A DNA stretch of 64,000 nucleotides, taken from contig CAZRCW010000002.1 of the NCBI GenBank assembly GCA_964598725.1, positions 226,282 through 290,281 of the forward strand. Reading direction: 5' to 3'. The stretch comes from an uncultured Gammaproteobacteria bacterium. GTDB lineage: Bacteria; Patescibacteriota; Patescibacteriia; 2-12-FULL-60-25. The position numbers were made by a program, and so were the translations under genes. The notes below the pieces were generated by a model. It searched no databases. It saw nothing but the letters and a program-made list of their open reading frames with translations, and was not told where the DNA came from. Below are positions 26,730 through 35,894 of the stretch, one piece after another. The number at the start of each line of letters is the position of its first letter. Positions within the stretch are counted from its first letter, which is position 1.

Positions 26730-27335
26730 TTATGTTCGATACTCAACAATCGTCTCGATCGGCAGACGAATCTTCTTGAACCCTGGCTCGGCTGCATACC
26801 CGATAGGTAAGAGCGCCGTCGGTAGCTTATCGGTGAATCCAAGAATCTCCGCATACTTTGCCGGATCGAAGCCGCCCATTGGACAACTATCGATTCCACG
26901 ATCAGCCGCCGCTAAGATCATCGCCTGAAGCGCAAGATACGTCTGACCCTGCAACCAGTACAAACGCTCGTCCTCTGACTTCGAGAGTAGTGTGCCCATC
27001 GCCATCTTGTTGTAACTCTCTGCAGAAGCAGCACCCGCCGCCTGCTCGATAAGAGTCGTTGTGGTCTTAATGCCCGGAACAGCATCCTTTACGCAAGACA
27101 ACACGAGCAGATGACTCGCATCCGTCACCTGAGGTTGGCCATAGCTCACCTCTCGCAGCTTGCTGCGCAGTTCTGGATTGGTGATAACGGTAATATGCCA
27201 AGGCTGAACGTTAGAGCTAGAGCAAGACAAGCGAGCCGCCTCCAAAATATAGGTAAGGTCCGCGTCAGATACTTTCTTCGTAGGGTCGAATTTCTTGGTC
27301 GCGAAGCGTTTCAGAAGGAGTTCGTGGATCGTCAT
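26730..27335 (-). CDS. Nitroreductase family protein (NfsB-like)
   Basis: MTIHELLLKRFATKKFDP...LEAARLSCSSSNVQPW, plus a C-terminal GFD...LPIGY pattern. Confidence 0.8.
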   Translation of the reverse strand: MTIHELLLKRFATKKFDPTKKVSDADLTYILEAARLSCSSSNVQPWHITVITNPELRSKLREVSYGQPQVTDASHLLVLSCVKDAVPGIKTTTTLIEQAAGAASAESYNKMAMGTLLSKSEDERLYWLQGQTYLALQAMILAAADRGIDSCPMGGFDPAKYAEILGFTDKLPTALLPIGYAAEPGFKKIRLPIETIVEYRT

Positions 27336-27427
27336 AGACGGTGAGCATAGCATGAATAAATAACCTTGCCAACTACTAGGAAATAGTTTATAAATGGCTT
27401 ATTACAGCTAAATTTAGTAAAAACTCG

Positions 27428-27456
27428 CTTGACGTGTTGATAGAAGACTGCTATGG
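27428..27456 (+). promoter_or_regulatory. Candidate rnj promoter TTGACG-17-TATGGT, implying a leader of about 180 nt
   Basis: It reads ctcgcTTGACGtgttgatagaagactgcTATGGTctt. Confidence 0.4.
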
Positions 27457-27639
27457 TCTTCCCATCCTTCGACGCCTCTCAGTGTGGTCTTGGTGACAGG
27501 AATTCACTGAAAGTCGTCGCAACAACTAGCCGCGTAGGCAACGTTCAACCGCCGATCTGGAACAGCTTTTGACACGGCCGCTCCGACCTCGCTGTTTTTG
27601 TCTTTGATTTCTGACATTTTGAATCTCCTTAAAAATTCT

Positions 27640-29796
27640 ATGAATCCTCCCATTCCTCCAAGCGTTCCACCTTCAGGCTCCGGTTCCGGGCTTTCCCCGT
27701 TCCGACCAGGAGTGAATCGCCCAGGACCAGGCTCAGGACGCCCAATGCGTTCTCGCTTCCCAAAACCAGCGCCTTTCTTGCGCTCAAATACGCCCCCACA
27801 ATTTCCAACGCCACCACCGCTCCCTCCGACGAACAATTCCCCACGAATCGTTCCGGCTAGCACCCCCGCCTCTACCGGCGCTTCTTTTAGCGCGCCCGGC
27901 GCCCCTCGCCCACTCGTTCCAGGTCATGGTGGTCCTCGCCCTCAACAGCCAGGTTCCCGACCTCAGGGTCACGGCGGCCCACGTCCAGGCGGACGCGGCG
28001 GCAAACCAGGTCGTGGCGGCAAGCGTGGCGGTCCCCCAGGTGGCGACCTCCCGAACGTCCGCATGACGACCTTCAAGAACAAGCCAACCCACAAGACTGG
28101 GAGTGATGAGGATACCCTCAGCACGACCGGTGAACAGCGCCTCAAGGTTGTGGTGGTTGGTGGGAACGAAGAAGTCGGTCGCAACATGTCGATGCTTGAG
28201 TATGGCAACGACATCATCATTATCGACATGGGTCTTCAATTCCCAGATGAAGACATGCCGGGTGTTGATTACATCATTCCAAACGTTAGCTACTTAAAGG
28301 GCAAAGAGAAGAACATCCGTGGTGTCATCATCACGCACGCCCACATGGACCACATCGGTGGCATCCCTCATATCATGCCGCAGATCGGCAACCCACCGCT
28401 CTTCAGCTCTGATTTGACCTGCGCGATTATCAAAAAGCGTCAGGAAGATTTCCGTCAGTGTCCCCCGCTCAATTTGCATGCCGTCAAATACGATGACGTG
28501 ATTCAACTTGGCTCGTTCAAGGTGGAATTCTTCGGTGTAGCGCACTCCGTGCCAACCTCGATGGGTATCATTATCACGACCCCTTGTGGCATCGTCGTTC
28601 ATACCGGTGACTTCAAACTCGAATCGGGTGAAAAAGCCGGATCCGTCCAGGAAACTGAGAAGTTAAAGGCGCTTGGCGACAAGAACGTTCTCGCGCTCAT
28701 GATCGACTCAACGAACGCGACTCAAACAGGTCGTCAATTGACCGAAGTCGACATTCAGCACAATCTCGACGAGATCATTCAGAACTCGAAAGGCAAGGTC
28801 ATTATCAGCACCTTCGCTTCCATGTTGTCGCGTATCCAGCAGATCATTTTTGCTTGTGAACGCATGGGTCGCAAAGTTGCCATTCTCGGCTTCTCGATGA
28901 GCTCGAACGTTGCCATCGCGCAACAACTTGGCTACATCAAGATGCAGAAAGGCACGCAGATCGAAGCTCGTGATATCCATAAGTATCCAAAGGAGAAAGT
29001 GGCGATCATCTGTACCGGTGCCCAAGCTCAGGAAGGGTCGGCGCTTATTCGCATCGCGAACCATGAGCACCCGATTGTGACGTTGGAGCCAGGCGATAGC
29101 ATCGTCTTCTCGTCTTCGGTTATTCCAGGCAACGAACGTACCGTTCAGCGCTTGAAAGATACCTTGTACCGTGAAGGTGCGAACGTCGTGCACTACCAGA
29201 TGATGGACGTTCACGCCGGTGGTCACGCGCGTCAGGAAGACTTGATCGAAACCCACCAGATGATCAAGCCAAAGTACCTGATTCCAATCGAAGGCAACTA
29301 CTCGTTCTTGTGTGAACACGCCAACGCCGCCGTCCGCGGAGGCTTCAAGCGTGAAAACATCATCATTGCTGACAACGGCCAGATCGCCGAGTTCGACAAA
29401 GAAGGTAACGGCATGTTGACCAACAAGAAGATCACGACCGACTACGTGTTCGTCGATGGTCTCGGCGTTGGAAACACCAACGAGATCGTGCTCCGCGACC
29501 GCCAGCAATTGGCGCAAGACGGCGTCGTCCTCGTGGTAGCCGTCATCGATTCACACACGGGTGCTCCACAGGCCTTACCGGATATCATTTCACGTGGCTT
29601 CGTCTACATGAAAGAACACCAAGAACTGATCACCCACGCCCGCAACAAGGTTGCTTCGATCTTGCGTGACATGGATCCACGTTCGCGTGCCCAAACCAAC
29701 TACTTGAAAGACAAATTACGTGATGAACTCGGCCAATTCCTCTTCGTCAAAACCGAACAGCGTCCGATGATCATTCCCGTGATTATTGAAGTGTAG
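27640..29796 (+). CDS. rnj: Ribonuclease J with an N-terminal Pro/Gly/Arg-rich extension of about 170 aa
   Basis: The beta-lactamase/beta-CASP core has LKVVVVGGNEEVGRNMSMLEYGNDIIIIDMG, GVIITHAHMDHIGG, VHTGDFK and HAGGHARQEDL. The start is ATG 27640 or TTG 27598 (uncertain). Confidence 0.85.
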   Translation: MNPPIPPSVPPSGSGSGLSPFRPGVNRPGPGSGRPMRSRFPKPAPFLRSNTPPQFPTPPPLPPTNNSPRIVPASTPASTGASFSAPGAPRPLVPGHGGPRPQQPGSRPQGHGGPRPGGRGGKPGRGGKRGGPPGGDLPNVRMTTFKNKPTHKTGSDEDTLSTTGEQRLKVVVVGGNEEVGRNMSMLEYGNDIIIIDMGLQFPDEDMPGVDYIIPNVSYLKGKEKNIRGVIITHAHMDHIGGIPHIMPQIGNPPLFSSDLTCAIIKKRQEDFRQCPPLNLHAVKYDDVIQLGSFKVEFFGVAHSVPTSMGIIITTPCGIVVHTGDFKLESGEKAGSVQETEKLKALGDKNVLALMIDSTNATQTGRQLTEVDIQHNLDEIIQNSKGKVIISTFASMLSRIQQIIFACERMGRKVAILGFSMSSNVAIAQQLGYIKMQKGTQIEARDIHKYPKEKVAIICTGAQAQEGSALIRIANHEHPIVTLEPGDSIVFSSSVIPGNERTVQRLKDTLYREGANVVHYQMMDVHAGGHARQEDLIETHQMIKPKYLIPIEGNYSFLCEHANAAVRGGFKRENIIIADNGQIAEFDKEGNGMLTNKKITTDYVFVDGLGVGNTNEIVLRDRQQLAQDGVVLVVAVIDSHTGAPQALPDIISRGFVYMKEHQELITHARNKVASILRDMDPRSRAQTNYLKDKLRDELGQFLFVKTEQRPMIIPVIIEV

Positions 29797-29818
29797 AGAG
29801 GAGAAAGAACAATGGAGC

Positions 29819-29935
29819 TTTTTCAGAAGACGTACTCCTCTTCAGGGTACGCCTCCGCTTTTGCTAAAGCTCCGGCTCTTGCATCTACGCCGTCGCTTCG
29901 ATGAGCCCCTTACGAGGAGTACGTCTTCTGAAAAA
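29819..29935. repeat. Perfect 22-bp inverted repeat (29819..29840 and 29914..29935) with a 73-nt loop
   Basis: The left arm TTTTTCAGAAGACGTACTCCTC and the right arm GAGGAGTACGTCTTCTGAAAAA were verified base by base as exact reverse complements. Confidence 0.9.
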
Positions 29936-30014
29936 TCCTTGTTCTTAAAGGAGCAAGGGGAAGAGTAGGGCTCAAAAAAAATAAGGAAATACCTCTTAAT
30001 TAGTCTAATTGTAT

Positions 30015-31820
30015 ATGTCTTCAGATTCTGGCTTAGCGCAAGCTAAGGTTAAAGTTACCTCGAAACATGTGTTCGCCGTGTACTGGCAGCACATCAAACG
30101 TCATCCCCTTCCCTGGGCTATTCTTGTCGGTTTTCTGGGGTTAGCGGAAGTTGGTCGGATCCTCATTCCGATCATCGATAAACGACTTATCGACGCAGCC
30201 GCCACCAGCTTTGTCCTGGAAGGTCGGCCGCTTGGACCTCTCTGGCAGGCACTTATCCTGATTATCGGGATTCGCGTCATCGCTTGGACCTTTGAACGTA
30301 TCTACGGATTCACCGCCGTTCAGATCATCAGTAAGACAACGATGGAACTCCTCATGACCGGCTTCGAAGGGGTCATGAAACACTCCTATGAATTCTTTGC
30401 GAGCAACTTCGCTGGAGCTCTGATCCGTAAAGCGCAGCGACTGGAACTCAGTTTCCGCTCGCTGACCGAAACGATCCTCTGGCGCTTGTTTCCAACCGCG
30501 ATCCTCTTGATCGGTATTTTCTTCGTGCTTGTCAGCTACTATCCGATCTTCGGTCTTTTCATGGGACTTTGGTCCGTACTTGTCATCGGTGAGAGTTTCG
30601 TCTTCCTTCGTTGGAAGCTCCCAATGGACCAACACCGTGCCGAACAGGATTCGCTCCAAACCGCGACTGTTTCGGACACGATCACAAACGCCCTCAACGT
30701 TCTTCAATTCAACGGACACCTCCAAGAGAAATCACTCTACAAAACTGTTCTCAACGGAAACCTTCGTGCTTGGATTCGTTCCTGGCGTGCCAGTGAAATC
30801 AATGGCAGCGTCCAAGGGATTGCGAACATCGTTCTTGAAGCTGGTCTGATCGCCCTCGCCATTTGGCAGTGGCGCCTTGGCAGCCTCACAATCGGTGACT
30901 TCGCCCTTCTTCAAGGCTACGCCTACACGCTCACAAACCAGCTCCACGACACCGGGCGCACACTCCGCACCCTGTTTGAATCGCTCGCCGACGCCAAAGA
31001 AATGGTTGAAATCCTTCACGAACCAGTCGAAATCAAAGATGCCGCACAGGCAACGACACTGGTCATCAAACAAGGACAGATCAATTTCACTGACGTGGGC
31101 TTCCAGTATCAAACACAAGCAGCGGGTGTAAAAAATCTGAGCTTCCAGATCAACGGTGGCGAAAAGGTCGCGCTTGTCGGACCTTCCGGCGCCGGAAAAT
31201 CGACTCTCACCAAACTCCTCTTCCGCTTTTACGACCTCACACACGGCTCAATCAGTATTGATAGCCAAGATATTCGTGACGTAACGCAAGGGAGTCTCCG
31301 TGAGAGCATTTCGCTGGTCCCACAGGAGCCGGTCCTCTTCCACCGAACCATCCTGGAAAACATCCGCTACGGACGTCCCGACGCCAGCGATGACGAGGTT
31401 GTTGCCGCCGCTAAACAAGCGCGCTGCCACGACTTTATCTCCCGCCTCGCCGAAGGCTACAACACGTATGTGGGTGAACGTGGAATCAAACTCTCGGGCG
31501 GCGAACGCCAACGCGTCGCCATCGCCCGCGCGATCCTCAAAAATGCCCCAATCCTTGTTCTCGATGAAGCCACATCCAGCCTCGATTCCGAGTCTGAAGC
31601 TCTCATTCAAGAAGCGCTCACGGAACTGATGAAAGGGAAAACAACCATTGTCATCGCCCACCGCTTGTCTACGGTGATGCAGATGGATCGCATTCTGGTG
31701 TTAGAAAAAGGTCACGTTATCGACGAGGGAACCCATGCGGACCTCATCGAACGCGACGGACTCTACCAATCGCTCTGGAACATCCAGGCGGGTGGATTCA
31801 CCCAAACATCCTCGGCTTAA
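30015..31820 (+). CDS. ABC transporter, fused permease/ATP-binding protein (type I exporter, MsbA-like)
   Basis: It has a six-TM N-domain, Walker A GPSGAGKST, signature LSGGERQRVAIARA, Walker B ILVLDEATS and an H-loop IAHRLS. Confidence 0.9.
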   Translation: MSSDSGLAQAKVKVTSKHVFAVYWQHIKRHPLPWAILVGFLGLAEVGRILIPIIDKRLIDAAATSFVLEGRPLGPLWQALILIIGIRVIAWTFERIYGFTAVQIISKTTMELLMTGFEGVMKHSYEFFASNFAGALIRKAQRLELSFRSLTETILWRLFPTAILLIGIFFVLVSYYPIFGLFMGLWSVLVIGESFVFLRWKLPMDQHRAEQDSLQTATVSDTITNALNVLQFNGHLQEKSLYKTVLNGNLRAWIRSWRASEINGSVQGIANIVLEAGLIALAIWQWRLGSLTIGDFALLQGYAYTLTNQLHDTGRTLRTLFESLADAKEMVEILHEPVEIKDAAQATTLVIKQGQINFTDVGFQYQTQAAGVKNLSFQINGGEKVALVGPSGAGKSTLTKLLFRFYDLTHGSISIDSQDIRDVTQGSLRESISLVPQEPVLFHRTILENIRYGRPDASDDEVVAAAKQARCHDFISRLAEGYNTYVGERGIKLSGGERQRVAIARAILKNAPILVLDEATSSLDSESEALIQEALTELMKGKTTIVIAHRLSTVMQMDRILVLEKGHVIDEGTHADLIERDGLYQSLWNIQAGGFTQTSSA

Positions 31821-31862
31821 TCGCCGGGGGTGTTTTGTGTTAGACTGAGTCCATTCCTCTCT

Positions 31863-32015
31863 ATGCCTATGCCCCTTCCCACCCCTCTTAAGGAGCTCAA
31901 ACTTGCCGTGAAAGAACTTGAATCAAGCCTGGCTGCACTTAAACGCGCGGTCGCCAAAGAAGAAGACAGCCGTGAACACAAGAAGATTCAGTTGAAATTA
32001 AAGAAATCAAACTAA
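31863..32015 (+). CDS. Small coiled-coil hypothetical protein (50 aa)
   Basis: MPMPLPTPLKELKLAVKELESSLAALKRAVAKEEDSREHKKIQLKLKKSN. It is tightly packed between the ABC gene and the next ORF. Confidence 0.35.
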   Translation: MPMPLPTPLKELKLAVKELESSLAALKRAVAKEEDSREHKKIQLKLKKSN

Positions 32016-32019
32016 TTAT

Positions 32020-33279
32020 ATGGCCTCACGCACAGAACGCGCATCAAGCGGCGGTGAAGAAAAGAAAAAGACTCCTACGGTTAAGAAAGCTAAACCGACC
32101 ACTCCTGCAAAAGCCGCATCTGAGAGTCGCCGAAAACCGAACGACGCGGAAGTCACCGAACCATTACAGAGCCTGCAAGAGCACGCGCCGGTTGTTGTGG
32201 TTGAGAAACAGGGCATGTCGCCTGCTGAAATGAAGAAGGTTTTTAAAGAAGGATTACGCGAATTCATGGAAGAGGCACGTGGGCCCATTAAAGAGAGTGG
32301 CGTCGTTGTCGAAAAAGCACTTGCTTTAAACGAACAGCAGCCTGCACCGGAACTCGCTATCGCAGCAGAACGCGTTCGTGAAGCAAAAACGAGCTTATTC
32401 GATCGCTATCATAAAGCGCTCGGTTTCATGACCGCTTTAAGCATTGGTGCGCTAAGCGGTACCGGGATTACGAGCGATCGGCACGAACAGCCTGCGATCG
32501 TCCATGAGCAGGGCGCGCAAGAACGCGTTACACGTGCCGCACTTAAAGAAATAATGACTGACTTACATAGCGCTGTCCCGAGCAGTCAAACGGGATTCGA
32601 GGCACTCCTCGAGCGAAAACTGGGCGCAGCCCTCAATAAGGCTGATGTTCATCCGGATCAATCAGGCATGCATTTGTACATGGCCATTTTGCAGAACTAT
32701 GTCGCAGACGAGCTCCGTTTAGCTGCAGAGGATCATGACTTTGAGTTCGCGAGCCGCGTCAATAGAGTCTTGAGTCATAACGCCGCCATCCCTCAGATGG
32801 AACTTTGCGCCTTAGCCGGACGAGCAGATATCGCTGTCGCCACTCTTACCGAATTATCCCGCTCAAGTAACAATCCAATCGAACGCCATAATAGCATCGC
32901 TTATGCGTTAGACGATCTATCTGAAACGACGACTTCGGATGGACGCAGTCCTTATCTCGGTTTTACCCGTCAGATCGTTCATCGGATGCAACAGATGGAA
33001 GGGGCCTCAGCCGGCGGACAACGTGCCATGCACACTCTCGGTGCTGAACTTGAGGCGGGAATGCATACGCAAGAACGGATGGCGCTGAACTGGCAGAGAC
33101 ACGAGGAAGAAAATCCAATCAGCCATCTCGAGTCAGTTCGTCACGAACTAGAACGCATTCATCAGGCAGAACGTATTTTAGGGACAAACCCAGTTGTCCC
33201 CCTTTCAACCATCGACGAGCAAATTCGACGAGCAGAGCAAACAGAAGATCGTGAGAGTAATTCCAACGATCACATATAA
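32020..33279 (+). CDS. Hypothetical protein with Lys-rich N-terminus
   Basis: 419-aa ORF with backbone-like composition. I recognise no motif. Confidence 0.55.
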   Translation: MASRTERASSGGEEKKKTPTVKKAKPTTPAKAASESRRKPNDAEVTEPLQSLQEHAPVVVVEKQGMSPAEMKKVFKEGLREFMEEARGPIKESGVVVEKALALNEQQPAPELAIAAERVREAKTSLFDRYHKALGFMTALSIGALSGTGITSDRHEQPAIVHEQGAQERVTRAALKEIMTDLHSAVPSSQTGFEALLERKLGAALNKADVHPDQSGMHLYMAILQNYVADELRLAAEDHDFEFASRVNRVLSHNAAIPQMELCALAGRADIAVATLTELSRSSNNPIERHNSIAYALDDLSETTTSDGRSPYLGFTRQIVHRMQQMEGASAGGQRAMHTLGAELEAGMHTQERMALNWQRHEEENPISHLESVRHELERIHQAERILGTNPVVPLSTIDEQIRRAEQTEDRESNSNDHI

Positions 33280-33345
33280 CCAAATCACCAGGCCACCCGC
33301 CTGGTGATTGTCTATTTCAGCCCCCTTCGCTACCCTACTTCCATT

Positions 33346-34335
33346 ATGCAAGACCTCCTCGTTTCAGGCGTCCAGCCGACCAACAATCTCCACATCGGAA
33401 ACTACATTGGCGCCCTGAAGCAGTGGCTCACATTGCAACATCAGCATCGCTGTTTGTTCATGGTAGTCGACTTGCATGCGATTACGGTTCCTCAAGATCC
33501 AAAGAAGCTCCGCTCAAACATCCTCGATATCGTTGCGACCTACCTCGCCCTCGGCCTTGATCCAAAACGGTGTACATTGTTCATCCAAAGCGAAGTTCCG
33601 GAACACACGGAGCTCGGTTGGTTGCTGATGACGATCGCGAAAATGGGTGAGCTCGAACGCATGACCCAGTACAAAGACAAGTCGGCTAAGCAGGGCGAAT
33701 CGACGAGTCTTGGCCTCTTTGGCTACCCGGTGCTCATGGCGGCTGACATCTTGCTCTACAACGCGAGCGCCGTTCCCGTTGGCGAAGATCAGGTCCAACA
33801 CCTAGAACTTACACGCGATCTCGCTCAACGCTTCAACAGCACGTTTGGTGAGACGTTCCGTATCCCTCAACCACTCATTCAAGCTCAGGGCGCGCGCATC
33901 ATGTCGCTCGACGAACCAACCAAGAAAATGAGTAAGAGCGCCGACTCAATGTACAACTACATTGCGCTTTCGGATGAAGTAGATGTGATTCGGAAGAAAA
34001 TTATGAAAGCCGTGACGGATACGGAGGGAGTAGTGAGATACGACGTCGCAAACAAACCAGCGATCTCAAACTTGTTGACCATTTTCCATCACATGACGGG
34101 TGAAGCGATTCCGACGATTGAGGCGCGTTATGCAGGGCAAGGCTATGGTGCATTCAAGAAAGACCTAGCCGAAGCAACCGTCGCTCACCTCCTCCCTGTT
34201 CAGGAACGCTTGAAGACCTTCCAGCAGGATCCAGCGGAACTTATGAAGATCTTAGATGAAGCACGGGATACGGCGCGAGGGATTGCGAGTGAGACGATGA
34301 AAATGGTGCGGGATCGGATGGGATTGGGACGATAA
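33346..34335 (+). CDS. trpS: Tryptophan--tRNA ligase
   Basis: HIGH motif LHIGNYIGA, KMSKS motif KKMSKS, and GEDQVQHLELTRD. Confidence 0.92.
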   Translation: MQDLLVSGVQPTNNLHIGNYIGALKQWLTLQHQHRCLFMVVDLHAITVPQDPKKLRSNILDIVATYLALGLDPKRCTLFIQSEVPEHTELGWLLMTIAKMGELERMTQYKDKSAKQGESTSLGLFGYPVLMAADILLYNASAVPVGEDQVQHLELTRDLAQRFNSTFGETFRIPQPLIQAQGARIMSLDEPTKKMSKSADSMYNYIALSDEVDVIRKKIMKAVTDTEGVVRYDVANKPAISNLLTIFHHMTGEAIPTIEARYAGQGYGAFKKDLAEATVAHLLPVQERLKTFQQDPAELMKILDEARDTARGIASETMKMVRDRMGLGR

Positions 34336-34358
34336 CTATCGCTTTCCTTTCCTTCCAT

Positions 34359-35297
34359 ATGTTAGGTCGGTCTGAAATTTCTTCCCACACGCATAGAGAA
34401 TCTACAGCCGACTCCATCGTTCATCTGCAAACAGGTTCTGTTCAAATTTCAAAGAAGCAAAGTCTTGTTGAGCAACGTGGGGAATCGTTTGAAGAAATAA
34501 CCGCCATCCAGATAAAAGGCGAGAAAGGAACAGCGGACATCCTTGATCTTATCGAGAAGTCCAAGATACGCGTTTTACTGAGAAGAATTCGAAAACCGGA
34601 TTGTGCGACCGATAAAAAAAGCTATATCCGAGCTAATTGGGTTGAAACAGAACTAGATATCGTCGCGATTCTTCATGAGATTGGACATATAAAACAAACA
34701 TCCGACCCTAAGACAAAAGAAGTGTTTGAACTTGAAGAAAAGACAAAGCGCATTAGCGCAGTTGAGCCATGGCAACGCATTGAGCCGTACATACACAAAA
34801 TCCTTGCACTATTCCCAGAGAAGGCTGATCTTCTTGGACTCGATCCTCAAATCCAGACGTTGCTTGTAGAACTCAAACAACACGAATGGTCTCGCTTCAG
34901 GCAGGATGAAATATTATCTCTCCTGAACATTACCAAAAACGAGCAGGAGGCTACACATCTAACAGAAGAATATGAGCGTCTCTTAGAAGTTCCGCTTAAT
35001 CAGAATCGAATGATCGAGCTTCGCTTAGAGCTCGCCCCCTTCTTTCAACGAGTACAAAGCGTATTACATATTCCAGAAAACGAGATGGAAAAAGATGCGA
35101 CTCGACGAGCATTTCGTTGGATGCGTGAAATCAAAGAACGGACCGGGGTCGATTTATTTGCCGTTCTGAAGATTAAGAACTATCAACGTATTGCTCCGAA
35201 AAAAGGGGTGGATCTTGATGAAGAACAGGCCATATCTGCAATTCAAGATTTAGCAGATGCTTTGTGTACCTACTCAGACCGTAGTAAAGCGAATTGA
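34359..35297 (+). CDS. Low-GC hypothetical protein containing an HEIGH (HExxH) motif
   Basis: 312 aa. ILHEIGHIKQ is the only recognisable motif. The composition is visibly more AT-rich than the neighbours. Confidence 0.55.
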   Translation: MLGRSEISSHTHRESTADSIVHLQTGSVQISKKQSLVEQRGESFEEITAIQIKGEKGTADILDLIEKSKIRVLLRRIRKPDCATDKKSYIRANWVETELDIVAILHEIGHIKQTSDPKTKEVFELEEKTKRISAVEPWQRIEPYIHKILALFPEKADLLGLDPQIQTLLVELKQHEWSRFRQDEILSLLNITKNEQEATHLTEEYERLLEVPLNQNRMIELRLELAPFFQRVQSVLHIPENEMEKDATRRAFRWMREIKERTGVDLFAVLKIKNYQRIAPKKGVDLDEEQAISAIQDLADALCTYSDRSKAN

Positions 35298-35371
35298 GTT
35301 TATAGAGAAAAACTTGCAACTCTCTTCAAGATAAAGTCGACAACTCAACAGAAGAATGCTATCCTCCGCCC

Positions 35372-35780
35372 GGCGAAACAGATGACCGCGCTGGTCGCAA
35401 GACTGGTGAGGAAAGTCCGAGCACCGAACCCGTCGTAAGGCGGGCTGACAGCGAGAGCAGCTAACGACTGCCAGGATATACCTTTGAGTCGCAAGATTCA
35501 GAAGAAACCTAGGGAAAGTGCCACAGAGACAATACTAGCCAGGCGTAAGTCTGGTGAAAGGTGAAAAGTGAGTGGAGGTGTCGCGTCGCAAGATGCGGTG
35601 CTACCTCTCTCGCTGCGTGGTAACACGCAGTGTGGTAAACCCTCTCCGGTGCAAGAGCAAATCCTCGCAAGAGGAATGGTCGCTCGCTCGAGGTGACTGG
35701 CGACAGTCATCCCAGAGAGATGGTCATCGCTTGCTGTCGCAAGACCGCAAGTACAGAACTCGGCTTATCGTTTCGCCACC
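35372..35780 (+). ncRNA. rnpB: RNase P RNA, bacterial type A
   Basis: P4 halves GAGGAAAGTCCGAGC and ACAGAACTCGGCTTA are present. P1 pairs GGCGAAAC with GTTTCGCC. Conserved blocks AGTGCCACAGAGACAA, GGTGAAAGGTGAAAAGTG and GGTAAACCCTCTCCGGTGCAAGAGCAAATCC are also present. Confidence 0.92.
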
Positions 35781-35894
35781 AAAACCGCTCCGAACTATGG
35801 GGCGTTTTTGTATCCAAAAAACCTAATCGATTTGGGGAGCGATTCCTTAAAGTGCTATACTTTTAGCGTTATCTATTCATTTGATCTTTTCCCT

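Noticed and set aside
28708-29517. A 269-aa minus-strand ORF inside rnj, and 30141..30725 and 30732..31244 inside the ABC transporter gene
   Set aside because: They are antisense to genes with unambiguous catalytic motifs, and their products have no motifs.
35498-35826. ORFs 35498..35710 (-) and 35572..35826 (+)
   Set aside because: They lie entirely within the RNase P RNA gene, whose conserved P4 and other blocks are unambiguous.
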